Shown: positions 10,123 through 19,980 of the stretch, piece after piece
Layout of the letters: each line of letters begins with the position of its first letter
Numbering within the stretch: position 1 is the first letter of the stretch
Assembly: GCA_965240325.2 (NCBI GenBank)
Contig: OZ251225.1
Span: 434,001 to 498,000, forward strand
Reading direction: 5' to 3'
DNA length: 64,000 bases
Source of the DNA: Rebecca billardiae RCC1528
Lineage: Eukaryota > Protista > Haptophyta
Notes under the pieces: generated by a model
What the model saw: only the letters and a program-made list of their open reading frames with translations
Databases searched by the model: none
What the model was told of the DNA's origin: nothing
Position numbers and translations under genes: made by a program

Positions 10123-10893
10123 TCAATCGGATCCCTTGGCCGACCGCCGCTTACTTGTGCGCTGCGCCGATGAGTGGGATGGCTGCCGCTTTGTGGGCCG
10201 TTCCGGACTCGCAGAACCCCGTTTGGATGCCGATCGAGATGCCGCCCGCAAAGCCTTATCTTGCGCCGCAGTGCCTGCCTCCTCGAGCAGCCGCGAGACG
10301 CCCTCCTCTGCGGCTGCGCCGTGGGCCACCCCCCCGCCGGCTTGTCGTACACCAAAGGACCATTCGCCGAGGTTAGTGGCGAGCACCTTGATGGCGTACG
10401 CCAGAGAGTAGCACTCCTGCGCCCATGTGCGCGCCTCCGTATCCGTCGGGTGCGAAACCCCATTCGCAGCTGCCAGCGCCCGAGCCCATGCTGCCGCGTC
10501 CTCTGCAGCAGTAGCATCAGAACTTAGCGCGCTCAGCATCTCCCGTGTGCTGGTCAGCCGCGCAGCTTGGGGCGTGGTCACCAAGCACGCCGTCAGGACG
10601 CACTGCAGCTGGGCCGCGTCCAACTCCCACCGACCCACCACACGAGCCCGGCTCCCAGGGCCCAGTGGCTCACCGGTGACTGCGCACACCGAGTGCGATG
10701 CGACGCTCTCAGCGATCGCTGCCTTCAGGCCCTTGTCGCTTCGGCCGGTGCACAGCGCGGCCAGAGCGCTTGCGGGCGAGCCTTGAAGCGGGAGAAAGTC
10801 GGGACAGAGTCGAGGGCATCGGGCATGTAGCGTGCTCACCAGCTTTCCCACGCTGCCCTCCACGCTGCCACCCGATGTCGCGGGGGCAGCCAT
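10123..10893 (-). CDS. Hypothetical protein
   Basis: ORF from ATG 10893 (MAAPATSGG...CPRLCPDFLP...CAVTGEPL...WAQECYSLAYAIKVL) with globular composition and a basic tail; head-to-head with 11001. Confidence 0.65.
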   Translation of the reverse strand: MAAPATSGGSVEGSVGKLVSTLHARCPRLCPDFLPLQGSPASALAALCTGRSDKGLKAAIAESVASHSVCAVTGEPLGPGSRARVVGRWELDAAQLQCVLTACLVTTPQAARLTSTREMLSALSSDATAAEDAAAWARALAAANGVSHPTDTEARTWAQECYSLAYAIKVLATNLGEWSFGVRQAGGGVAHGAAAEEGVSRLLEEAGTAAQDKALRAASRSASKRGSASPERPTKRQPSHSSAQRTSKRRSAKGSD

Positions 10894-11000
10894 CGCCCTG
10901 ATCGACGTGGCCGACGCGAGAGGCCGCGCCAGTCCGGACGAAATCACATGTCAAGTCCTGGATTTCGGCAAGCACTCCTTGGTCGAGGACGGCCGTCAAA

Positions 11001-13325
11001 ATGTCGCGACGGCCACGATCGATTGGTCGGAGCAGCACGGCGAGGAGCGCCGTGCTGCTCCTCGCCGTACCCTGTGGGCTTCTTGCGGAGAATCCGATCG
11101 TCGTGGAAAATCGCCTGCCGGGCTCGCCCCCCACCGAGTGGGACGTGAATGGCGCTGGCGACCTCAGCTTGCAGGGCTTTGCGCGGCAGCAGAGCTATGT
11201 CGCAGGCGAGGTTGTCGAGATCGCAGTCCAGACCGACAGCCGCGATTGGCAGGCGCACATCTATCGGCTCGGCTACTACGGTGGAGCGGGAGCGCGCCTT
11301 GTTGCGCGCGCGTCGCCGATCCGCGACGCCGCCCGCCTCGGCTCCGCGTGCAACTTCGAGCCTGACACTCTGCTGTATGACTGCGGCGCGTGGCCTACGG
11401 CCGTGGCGTGGCGCTCGCCGCCGAACGCGACGAGTGGCCTGTACTTTGCGCGGCTGGTTCGGTTCGACGCACCCAGTGGCGGTGAGGAGAGCTGGCGTGC
11501 GGACGGCGCGGTCATGGATGAGGCGACGGCCGCGCTCTTCGGCAAAGGCGGCCGCGATGAGAGGCCTCAGCCGGTGCCACACGCATACGGCGCGCTCGGC
11601 TTTGGCAAGCTGCGCGATGAGCTCGCACAGCCGAGGGCGTCGCACGTGTGGTTCGTGCTGCGTGAGGCCACCCCGGACGATGGTATCGCCGACGACGTCG
11701 GGACCGCCGACGCCCTCGACGCGCAGCCCGCGCGTCGCGCGCGCTCGCTGCTCTTCCAGACGTCCGACAGCACGTGGCAGGCGTACAACCGGTGGGGCGG
11801 CAGCGGGCTGTACGGCGGCAAGGGCGTCGGGCATGGGTGGCGGGACTACGGCGGCGGCGGGCTTGACCGCGTGCAGCCCTCCCGCCGCGCGTACAAGGTC
11901 TCGTACAACCGGCCACTTGTCACGCGCGACTACCGCTCGGTGAACATGCCCCTCGGAGCCGAGTACGCCGCCGTGCGCTGGCTCGAGCGGAACGGGTACG
12001 ACGTGCGCTATGCGGCTGCGTTCGACGTGCACCGGCTGGGAGGCCGGCTGCTCCGCCGGTACGGCACGTTCCTGAGCGTCGGGCACGACGAGTACTGGAG
12101 TGGGCCGCAGCGCTCCGCCGTCGAGCGCGCGCGCGCCCACGGCGTGCACCTCGTCTTCATGAGCGGCAACGAGGCGTTCTGGCGAGTGCGCTGGGAGCGC
12201 GGCGGGCGCACGCTCGTGTGCTTCAAGGAGACGCAGGCGGACGCCAAGCTCGACCCCGCGCCCGCCGAGTGGACGGGCACATTCCGCGACGGGCGCGCGA
12301 TCAACCCGCTCGGCGCGGCGCCAGAGAACGCGCTGAGTGGCGCGCTCTTCACCGCCAACGCCTGGATTCACGAGGCGGTCGAGGTGCCCGCGAGGATGGC
12401 GCGGCTGCGGCCGTGGCGCGCCTCTGCGCTCGGCGAGCGCGTGCGCGAGAGCACGGGCCGGGCGCGGCTCCTCCGAGGCAGCCTCGGCCACGAGTTCGAC
12501 GAGGACATCCCGAACGGCCACCGGCCGCGCGGCCTCGTCCGGCTTAGCGAGGCGACCGTTGACGGTGTGATGTACGTGCAGGATGGCGGCGCGCTGTACG
12601 ACACAGGCTCGGCCACGCACCGCGTCGTCGCGTTCCGAGACACGGGCTCGGGTGCGCTCACTCTCGGCTTCGGCACCGTGCAATGGGCGTGGGCGCTCGA
12701 CCCGCATCACGACGGCGCGAGTGGCGTCCCTCCGGAGCGTGCCAACCCACTCAACACGCGCGTGCGCGCAGACCGAGACGGGCCGGACGCAGCCGCGCAG
12801 CAGTTCACCGTGAACATGCTCGGTGAGATGGGCGCGCACGGCGCGACGCTCGAGGCCGGGCTCGTGCCAGCGAGCGCGTCGACGGACGTGCGAGCGCCTG
12901 TCTCCTGCGTCCGCCAGCGAAGCGCGGCGGCACTCGTCGTGGCCGCTGCGGACGCGGATGGCGCGGTCGCGGCCGTCGAGTGCTCTTTGGATGGAGGGCG
13001 CAGCTGGCTGCCGGCCGAGCCGGCCAGCAGCGAGCTGATGTGCGACTGGCTGCTGCGCGTGCCTGAGCGCGCGGCCGCCGAGAACGCCACATGCGTCGCT
13101 GTGGACGACAGCTTCAACCTCGAGCGTGCGCCGACGCGTGATGCGGCTGGAGGCGGACCCCTCGCACCGAGTCCCGACTGTGACGCTGGCTATGATGCTG
13201 GGGCCTTGTCCGGCTACGGCGACGGTGCTACCAAGTTGCCAGCCGAGGCTTCGTGGGCCCGGGCCCCACGCGACACTGCTGATGGTGAAGGGGCAGACCG
13301 TCCCGGTGACCGCGATGAGCTGTGA
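11001..13325 (+). CDS. Secreted N,N-dimethylformamidase beta-subunit-family (DUF6605) domain protein with a C-terminal Ig-like segment
   Basis: Signal-like AVLLLAVPCGLLA, then NPIVVENRLPG, IYRLGYYGGAGAR, FQTSDSTWQAYNRWGG, KVSYNRP, WLERNGYDV, SVGHDEYWS, SGNEAFWRVRW: motifs typical of bacterial DUF6605/DUF4082 proteins; no introns. Confidence 0.85.
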   Translation: MSRRPRSIGRSSTARSAVLLLAVPCGLLAENPIVVENRLPGSPPTEWDVNGAGDLSLQGFARQQSYVAGEVVEIAVQTDSRDWQAHIYRLGYYGGAGARLVARASPIRDAARLGSACNFEPDTLLYDCGAWPTAVAWRSPPNATSGLYFARLVRFDAPSGGEESWRADGAVMDEATAALFGKGGRDERPQPVPHAYGALGFGKLRDELAQPRASHVWFVLREATPDDGIADDVGTADALDAQPARRARSLLFQTSDSTWQAYNRWGGSGLYGGKGVGHGWRDYGGGGLDRVQPSRRAYKVSYNRPLVTRDYRSVNMPLGAEYAAVRWLERNGYDVRYAAAFDVHRLGGRLLRRYGTFLSVGHDEYWSGPQRSAVERARAHGVHLVFMSGNEAFWRVRWERGGRTLVCFKETQADAKLDPAPAEWTGTFRDGRAINPLGAAPENALSGALFTANAWIHEAVEVPARMARLRPWRASALGERVRESTGRARLLRGSLGHEFDEDIPNGHRPRGLVRLSEATVDGVMYVQDGGALYDTGSATHRVVAFRDTGSGALTLGFGTVQWAWALDPHHDGASGVPPERANPLNTRVRADRDGPDAAAQQFTVNMLGEMGAHGATLEAGLVPASASTDVRAPVSCVRQRSAAALVVAAADADGAVAAVECSLDGGRSWLPAEPASSELMCDWLLRVPERAAAENATCVAVDDSFNLERAPTRDAAGGGPLAPSPDCDAGYDAGALSGYGDGATKLPAEASWARAPRDTADGEGADRPGDRDEL

Positions 13326-14172
13326 TTGATGCCAGCTAGCCCCAGCAGCCGCCGCATGCTGATGAGTGGCAGCACTGCCGTTGATCGTCACTATTCACTG
13401 ACACTGAGTACTGCTGACTTGTTCGTTGCTGCCACGTCGTGAAATATATAGCTAGTATAGCTTAGTTTGATCATTGATGATGAATGATGACGATGACAAA
13501 TTCAGATTTAGAATTAAGTCGTACGTACGCGACGCGCATATATTATTCCGTAGTCCGGTAGCTAAATAATAAGACGACTACTACCGAATATATAACTATA
13601 TACACGTGTTGGTCAACCACAGTACGTATTGACATTGATGAGTGATGTCATTGTCCACGGTGCCGACACTGCCGTCACGTGCCGTGGCCTGCCAGTGCCG
13701 CACTGCCTGCTGCTGTCGCTGGCGCCGCTCGGCCGCTCAGGCCCTCGGGCTCAGGCCGGGGCCGGAGGCGATGGCGCAGTTTATAGCCCGCGCGCCATCA
13801 GGCTCAGATGTCTATAGATAGCCACTGCTACTGCTGTTATGCCGGTCCTAGTATGATGCGCATCGTCATGATTCTCTGATACTACAAATTTTCAGACCAG
13901 GGCGGCGCTCGTCTCCGCGAGCCCGGAGCGGCCGGAGCCCGACTGACGGACAGAGTACGCCTGCCGTGCTCAGCATCGGGGCGGCCTGCGCGGTAGTGCG
14001 CCTGTCCGGGACTGACGCGCGCCCGAGCCGGCTCCGCACGCCGATTCGGCACGCCCGTTCGGCGCGGCTGCAAACATGCATCGACAATTCGGCATCATCG
14101 CGATGATCGATCGTCCTTCGCATTAACCGTCCGAACTGGCCCAGCGGGGCCCAGCGCAAGGCTTTGTGAGCA

Positions 14173-14700
14173 TCACTCCCCGTCGCCTACACCTGGGGTG
14201 CCGACGAAGATCTCGTCATCGCTCGTTGCGCGCTTTTTGCGACTCTCGATCTTCTTGGAAATGCGCTCCAGATTCTTCTCACGCCTGTCCAGGTCGAACT
14301 TGAGGAGAGCTGCGCCGAGGACGAGTGCGCCGAGATCAATGCCCAGGTTTTTGAATGCCTCGAGCCCGGTGTCGCCAGTGGCGAGCATGCGCGTGAAAGC
14401 AATGTACGAGGAGGCAAAACCACCGAGAATCATGCCCGCGTAAACAAAGAATCGCAGGCCGCGGAAGGGCGCGGAGATCTCATCCTTCATCCGCGCTTCC
14501 CTCGAGAACTTCTCGCCGTCGTACATGGCGATGGCTGGACGAGACGAGCATGGAGAGAGCGCCGAGCGGCGCAGGCAAGAAGACACGGTCGGTTGCAGAT
14601 GCAATGCGCCGACAGCGCGATGCGTTGCTCCGGCCACGCCCATGACGAGCGTGGCCGTGAGCACGAGCGACAGCCGGCCGATCGACGACCTCATCATCAT
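14173..14700 (-). CDS. LPA1: DUF3493 / LOW PSII ACCUMULATION 1-like plastid protein
   Basis: REARMKDEISAPFRGLRFFVY followed by two TM helices (NLGIDLGALVL); N-terminal signal peptide plus an S/R-rich transit-like segment. Confidence 0.75.
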   Translation of the reverse strand: MMMRSSIGRLSLVLTATLVMGVAGATHRAVGALHLQPTVSSCLRRSALSPCSSRPAIAMYDGEKFSREARMKDEISAPFRGLRFFVYAGMILGGFASSYIAFTRMLATGDTGLEAFKNLGIDLGALVLGAALLKFDLDRREKNLERISKKIESRKKRATSDDEIFVGTPGVGDGE

Positions 14701-14773
14701 GCGGCGGCCACGCAAGTTCCCCCACCGACGACGCTGCCTACGGCATCCACAACACGTGGAAAACGCGCGCACG

Positions 14774-16477
14774 ATGCCGAGCGGTGCAGCCACGCGCGCG
14801 GCGCAAGCGCGACGCCTCACCCGCGCCGATGTGGCTCGGCGCAGCTCGCCGGCGGAGGCGTGGGTGATCGTCGATGATCGCGTGTACGACGTCACCAAGT
14901 TTGCCGATCTGCACCCCGGTGGCGCGCGGCTGCTGCACGAGTATGCGGGCAAGGATGCGACGGCCGTGTTCTTCCAGCTGCACAGACGCGAGGTGCTCGA
15001 CAAGTTTGGGGCGCAGATGCTCGTCGGCACGCTAGATGGCGCATCACCTGAGCTACCGCCGCCACCCCTTGTCAGCTCCGTCCCGTTCGCCGAGAATGCG
15101 TGGCTTCGCGACGCGCACTCATCTCCCTACTACACGGAGTCACACCGGCGCTTCCACACTGCCGTGCGAGAGCTGCTGCGCTCAATCCAGCCCGAGGCAG
15201 ACCGCGCCGAGACAGCTGGTGCGGCGCCGACGCCCGAAATGTTCCGTAGGCTGGGCACGGCGGGCTACCTCGCGTGCCGCATCGGCCCCGCCGTGATGCC
15301 GCTGATGCCGCACATCTCGCTGCCAGGCGGCGTCGCGCCCGCTGAGTTTGACTACTTCCACGAGATGATCGCGCACGAGGAGATGGGGATGCTGGGGTGC
15401 CCGGCGTACGCCGACGGGCTTGGGGGCGGCATGGTGATCGGCCTGCCGCCCGTCCTCGTCTTTGGCGAGCCCTCGCTCGCCCAGCGCGTCGCGCGCGACG
15501 TGCTCTCAGGCAGCCGTCAGATCGCGCTCGCCATCTCCGAGCCATTTGCCGGCTCGGACGTGGCCAACATCAAGGCGACGGCGGTGCGCAGTGCGGACGG
15601 GTCGCACTTCGTGGTGAACGGCGTGAAGAAGTGGATCACGAACGGCACCTTCGCGCACTACTTCGCCACCGCCGTGCGCACGGGGGGCGAGGGCATCGGC
15701 GGCATCAGCCTGCTGCTGATCGAGCGCTCAGAGGGGCTCAGCACGGACCAGATCAAGGTGATGTACGGCAGCGCGGCGGGCACGGCGCTCGTGACGTTGG
15801 ACAACGTGCGCGTGCCCGCTTCCAATCTGCTCGGCGAGGAGAACGGCGGCTTCCGCTGCATCATGTTCAACTTCAACCACGAGCGCTGTGCGTGCGGCCG
15901 CGAGCGCACGCGGCCAGCGCTGCGCGCCCCCGGCCGGCGCTTGCTGCGGGTGCGCAGCGCACCACGCGCTGAGACCCTGTATCGTGCGCGCAACCTCGCC
16001 ACTCCGCGCGCCGCAGGGCTGATCAACGCGGGCGTGCTGCGCGGCACACGCGCCGTGCTCGAGGAGTGCTTCAAGTGGGCGCACCAGCGCGAGACCTTTG
16101 GCTCGAAGCTCACGGACAAGCCAGTGATTCGAGAGAAGCTGGCACGCATGGCGATGCAGGTGGACGCGGCGCACGCGTGGCTCGAGTCGATCACGTTCCA
16201 GATGACGCGCATGAGCTACGAGGAGCAGGCCCGCCAGTTGGCGGGTCCGATCGCGCTCCACAAGCTGCTCGTCACGCGCACGGCGACGCTCGTCGCCGAC
16301 GAGGCCATGCAGATCTTCGGCGGCCGCTCGCTCACGCAGACTGGGATGGGGCGGTATGTCGAGCGCTTCTGGCGCACCGTCAAGTTCGGCGCGATCCTCG
16401 GCGGCTCGGAGGAGATCATGGCCGACCTTGGTATCAAGCAGGCCCTGCGCAACTGGCCGCCGCAGGCGCGCCTGTGA
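14774..16477 (+). CDS. Cytochrome b5-acyl-CoA dehydrogenase fusion; intron 15888-16016
   Basis: VYDVTKFADLHPGG heme motif; LAISEPFAGSDVA, VNGVKKWITNG, QIFGGRS, ILGGSEEIM; removing the 129 nt GT-AG intron restores NFNHERW; C-terminal ARL is PTS1-like. Confidence 0.92.
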   Translation: MPSGAATRAAQARRLTRADVARRSSPAEAWVIVDDRVYDVTKFADLHPGGARLLHEYAGKDATAVFFQLHRREVLDKFGAQMLVGTLDGASPELPPPPLVSSVPFAENAWLRDAHSSPYYTESHRRFHTAVRELLRSIQPEADRAETAGAAPTPEMFRRLGTAGYLACRIGPAVMPLMPHISLPGGVAPAEFDYFHEMIAHEEMGMLGCPAYADGLGGGMVIGLPPVLVFGEPSLAQRVARDVLSGSRQIALAISEPFAGSDVANIKATAVRSADGSHFVVNGVKKWITNGTFAHYFATAVRTGGEGIGGISLLLIERSEGLSTDQIKVMYGSAAGTALVTLDNVRVPASNLLGEENGGFRCIMFNFNHERCACGRERTRPALRAPGRRLLRVRSAPRAETLYRARNLATPRAAGLINAGVLRGTRAVLEECFKWAHQRETFGSKLTDKPVIREKLARMAMQVDAAHAWLESITFQMTRMSYEEQARQLAGPIALHKLLVTRTATLVADEAMQIFGGRSLTQTGMGRYVERFWRTVKFGAILGGSEEIMADLGIKQALRNWPPQARL

Positions 16478-16798
16478 TGCCCCAGCCTGACCCTCTCGTG
16501 AGCGGAGGAAGCCAGTAGCCAGCGGGTCCCGCTGGTGTTGCATGCCTGTTCACTGTTGCCTGTTGCCGTGTTGGCTGGCCTGGCCGCGAGATACTATAGT
16601 TTCGTCGGGGCGTCGGACGATTATCGTATATGGGGCGGCTTCCGCCAGTCGCCCGCCGGCTCGCCCGCCTAGCCAGACTGCCAGTCCGCTAAGCTGGTAC
16701 TCAGCGGTAGTCACGTCCGAGGTCGAGAGTTACGCGGCGGCGGAGCAGCATATATCATCGCGTAGTCATCAGATTATTAAGGGCTAGTAGCTAGAGTA

Positions 16799-16801
<3 letters not shown>

Positions 16802-16880
<79 letters not shown>
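16802..16880. repeat. (AG)n microsatellite, about 39 units
   Basis: Perfect GA run. Confidence 0.97.
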
Positions 16881-16884
<4 letters not shown>

Positions 16885-16995
16885 CGTCGTAGAGTACAGC
16901 AGTTAAATAACGACAGTAGCATCAGCATCAGAGTCTCATAGACTATATCAGCGCAGTAGTCGTAGAGGCGGTCGTCAGTAGTCACTACTTAAATA

Positions 16996-17516
16996 CAGGC
17001 AATCGCGGGCAATAAGAACTCAGAAGTCAGAGATCTCACGGCTGCTAGTCTCGGTTTCTTAGCCGTTCGGTAGCCCGAGCGCCGACGGAGTCTCAGTTTC
17101 CGTTAGCTAGGTCCGCCCGCCGCGCAGGCGCGGGGGGCGCAGGGGTGCAGAGCCCCCCGCTGCTAAGTCGTATTTAGGCCCGGCCTGCGAGGCCGAAGAA
17201 ATATTTTGGGCCATTTTGGAGCAAATCTGGCATGATGCTGCATATGGATGCCGCGGTGCACTGGCCAGGACTCAGTCATCAGGAGAAGTCGGGACTTGGC
17301 CTGTACTCGTAGTCGGGCCGCGCGCCGCGTCCCACGGGCACTGCGCCTGGGCAGACGACTCGTCAGCCGCGACACGACGTGGTCCCTGTTTCTTACTTAG
17401 TGTGACTATGCGTATAGCGAACCAGCCAATCGCTAGTCTCAGTTTCTAGGCCAGATCCGCAGATAGCAAGCCCCAGTTTCTTAACGTGACAGCTCCTTAT
17501 TGCCCGCGATTGCCTG
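16996..17516. mobile_element. MITE, Tc1/mariner-pogo type (TA target)
   Basis: Perfect 21 bp TIR CAGGCAATCGCGGGCAATAAG (16996-17016) / CTTATTGCCCGCGATTGCCTG (17496-17516), flanked by TA on both sides; non-coding. Confidence 0.88.
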
Positions 17517-17649
17517 TAGGACTAGGTCGTCAGACGACCTGAGGAGTTAGGAATAGGAGTATCATAGAAAACTTATTTACGGTCGTCTGCTAGGCCACTG
17601 CTTTATAATAATAGGAAAGGCGGCTGCTGCTGTGGCACTGCGCTGCAGA

Positions 17650-18130
17650 CAGGGCTCCAAGACGGTACACCGGACACCGGTAAAACTAAATACCGTACCG
17701 GTGCGTAAGCTACCGGTGCGTACCGGTATGTACCGCCACAAATTGCCGCGCACCCGGGTGAGTGAGAGCCCGGGAGGCCGGTCGTGTGCGCCCGGACCAC
17801 AGCACCCGCGAATACGGACCGTACGCGGAGCTGTCAGTGTCAGTGTCCGAGGTGAGGTCGGAGTCACTCACTCTCAGGGAAGGCGACTCAGTACTGTACG
17901 CCGCGATTTCGTCGTCCGTCCAATGATAATAATTGGGCCATGTTTCTATCAGTAAATAGGCCCGCCAAAAGTTTTCTTCGGGCCGGCGGGGCCCCGGGGC
18001 CGGGGGGGACACCCCCCCGCCGACCCCCCCGCGGTGCGCGCACCGGTGTACCGCGGTACACCGGCGCCTACGGCACCGGTGCACCGGTACGCGTACCGAG
18101 CACCGGATGGACGATCTTTATTGAGCCCTG
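17650..18130. mobile_element. Decayed hAT-like non-autonomous element
   Basis: CAGGGCTC...GAGCCCTG termini, dense ACCGGT/GTACC subterminal repeats at both ends, partial 8 bp TSD (GCTGCAGA vs GCTGCGCG). Confidence 0.55.
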
Positions 18131-18186
18131 GCTGCGCGCGTTCCGACAAAGTGGCGTGACTCAGTATCTATATATATCATCATCAA

Positions 18187-18264
18187 TATATATATCTATA
18201 TCTATATCTATATCTATATCTATATCTATATCTATATAGATATAGATATAGATATATAGATATC
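18187..18264. repeat. Inverted (TATATC)n/(GATATA)n microsatellite
   Basis: The hexamer run switches to its reverse complement near 18235. Confidence 0.85.
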
Positions 18265-18474
18265 ATTGCTGACGACTCGGACCGATTGACGCTGCTGCTG
18301 AGTCAGAGTGCGGCAGTGGCGGCCTGTGCCGGTGCCCGAGCACTTATGGCAGCACTGTCGCAGCACACACCCTCGTCCGCCAGCTGGCAGCTGAGAGGCT
18401 CTGACTGCGAGAGATATGATTCTGCTGGCACCCAGGGACAGGGTACGTCCGCTCATGAGACATGATGTCACGCA

Positions 18475-19980
18475 TCAGAACGCCCAACGGTCCACTGGGG
18501 CCGGCGCGCCGTTGGCAGTGGCCCAGTCAAGTACAGCTCGGTGACCGCGCTCCTCCGCAAAGATGTGAGTCCACTCGTCCCACGGGCACCCGTGGGCCCG
18601 TGCCCACTGCAGGAGAGCGAGCCGGCCTCCGGCTGCCGCTTGAGCACACGTGTCAGCGTCCCACGGGCAGTCGTGCTCTCGAGCCCACCGGAGCAGAGAC
18701 AGGTGTCCGCCCCGGGCAGCCTTGCTGCACACCTCCTTGTTCCACGGGCACCCGTGCGCGCGGCACCACTGTAGCACGGCCAGGTGGCCGCCTGCGGCGG
18801 CGAAGGCACACGCTTGCGTGTCCCATGGGCAGCCTTCGAGGCGCGCCCACTGCAGCACCTCCAGAGCGCCCACCCGCGCAGCGGCGGCGCACGTCTGCTC
18901 ATCGAAGGGGCATCCTTTGGCGCGGAGCCAGCGCAGCACCTCGAGGTGCCCGCCCTGCGCGGCGCCTCTGCACGCCGCCTCGTCGAACGGGCAGCCGTTC
19001 TCGTGTGCCCACGCCAGCACCTCCAGGTGGCCGCCAAGGGCGGCCGCTGCGCACGTGGCCTCGTCCCAAGGGCAAGGGCATTCGCTGGCGCGCGCGTGCT
19101 GCAGCACGGCGAGGTGGCCGCCCTGCGCCGCGAAGCGGCAGGTGCTCTCGTCCCACGGGCAGCCGGTGGCACGCAGCCACTCGAGCGTCTCCAGGTGGCC
19201 GCCCTGCGCCGCGGCGGTGCACGTGGCCGCGTCCCTCCGGCAGCCGCTCGCGTGCAGGAAGCGCAGCACCTCCACGCTGCCGCTCTGCGCCGCAGCCCAG
19301 CACGCGCTCTCGTCGCACGGGCAGCCGGCGTCGTGCGCCCAGCGAAGCACGTCGAGGTGGCCGCCCGCCGCGGCGAGACGGGTGGTCTTCTCGTCCCACT
19401 TGCATCCGTTCGCGACTGCCCACCGCAGCACCTCGAGGAAGCCGCCTGCCGCTGCGCCAGCACACGCGCGCGCATCCCACGGGCACAATTGTGCGCGCGC
19501 GTACTGAAGCACGCCCAGGTGGCCGCCCTGCGCCGCGGCCGCGCACGTGTCTGCGCTCCACGGGCAGCCGTTTGCACGGGCCCACTGCAGCACCTCGAGG
19601 AAGCCGCCCTGCGCCGCGGCGGCACACGCATCCTCGCCGGCCGCATCTGGGCGCAGCGCGGCGGACGCAAGCGCGCTTGGCCACTCGCACCCACGCTCGC
19701 GCAGGAAGATCAGCTGGTCGAGCCGGCCGGCGCGGGCGGCATGGGAGCACAGCCGCGGAGAAAGCGGTGCGCCGCACTCCAGGCCCCAACACAGCCGAGC
19801 CATCGAGTCGCAGAGCGAGCGGACACTGGTTCTGCACCCAGAGCGCGCCTGAGCACTGTGCGAGAGCACGAGCCCTTCGCGCAGCTTGCGGCTGGTCAGC
19901 GCCGCCGCGAGCTCGTCATCCTCGTGCAAATGCCCCGCCACGACCGCGCAAAGCTCGAGCGGAAGCTTGTCGAAAGCCAT
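18475..19980 (-). CDS. F-box-like plus ankyrin-like repeat protein (about 13 full 27-aa CPWD repeats)
   Basis: N-terminal FDKLPLELCAVVAGHL; repeat consensus CPWDxxTCxxAAxGGHLEVLxWARxxG; no introns. Confidence 0.9.
   Translation of the reverse strand: MAFDKLPLELCAVVAGHLHEDDELAAALTSRKLREGLVLSHSAQARSGCRTSVRSLCDSMARLCWGLECGAPLSPRLCSHAARAGRLDQLIFLRERGCEWPSALASAALRPDAAGEDACAAAAQGGFLEVLQWARANGCPWSADTCAAAAQGGHLGVLQYARAQLCPWDARACAGAAAGGFLEVLRWAVANGCKWDEKTTRLAAAGGHLDVLRWAHDAGCPCDESACWAAAQSGSVEVLRFLHASGCRRDAATCTAAAQGGHLETLEWLRATGCPWDESTCRFAAQGGHLAVLQHARASECPCPWDEATCAAAALGGHLEVLAWAHENGCPFDEAACRGAAQGGHLEVLRWLRAKGCPFDEQTCAAAARVGALEVLQWARLEGCPWDTQACAFAAAGGHLAVLQWCRAHGCPWNKEVCSKAARGGHLSLLRWAREHDCPWDADTCAQAAAGGRLALLQWARAHGCPWDEWTHIFAEERGHRAVLDWATANGAPAPVDRWAF

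Noticed and set aside
10944-13391. Long antisense and alternative-frame ORFs here and over most genes
   Set aside because: Shadow ORFs expected from high GC and strong codon bias; R/A/P-rich with no motifs.
13440-13660. Box C/D snoRNA suggested by TGATGA/CTGA motifs in spacers
   Set aside because: These motifs are part of the general trinucleotide stutter; no terminal stem or guide could be supported.
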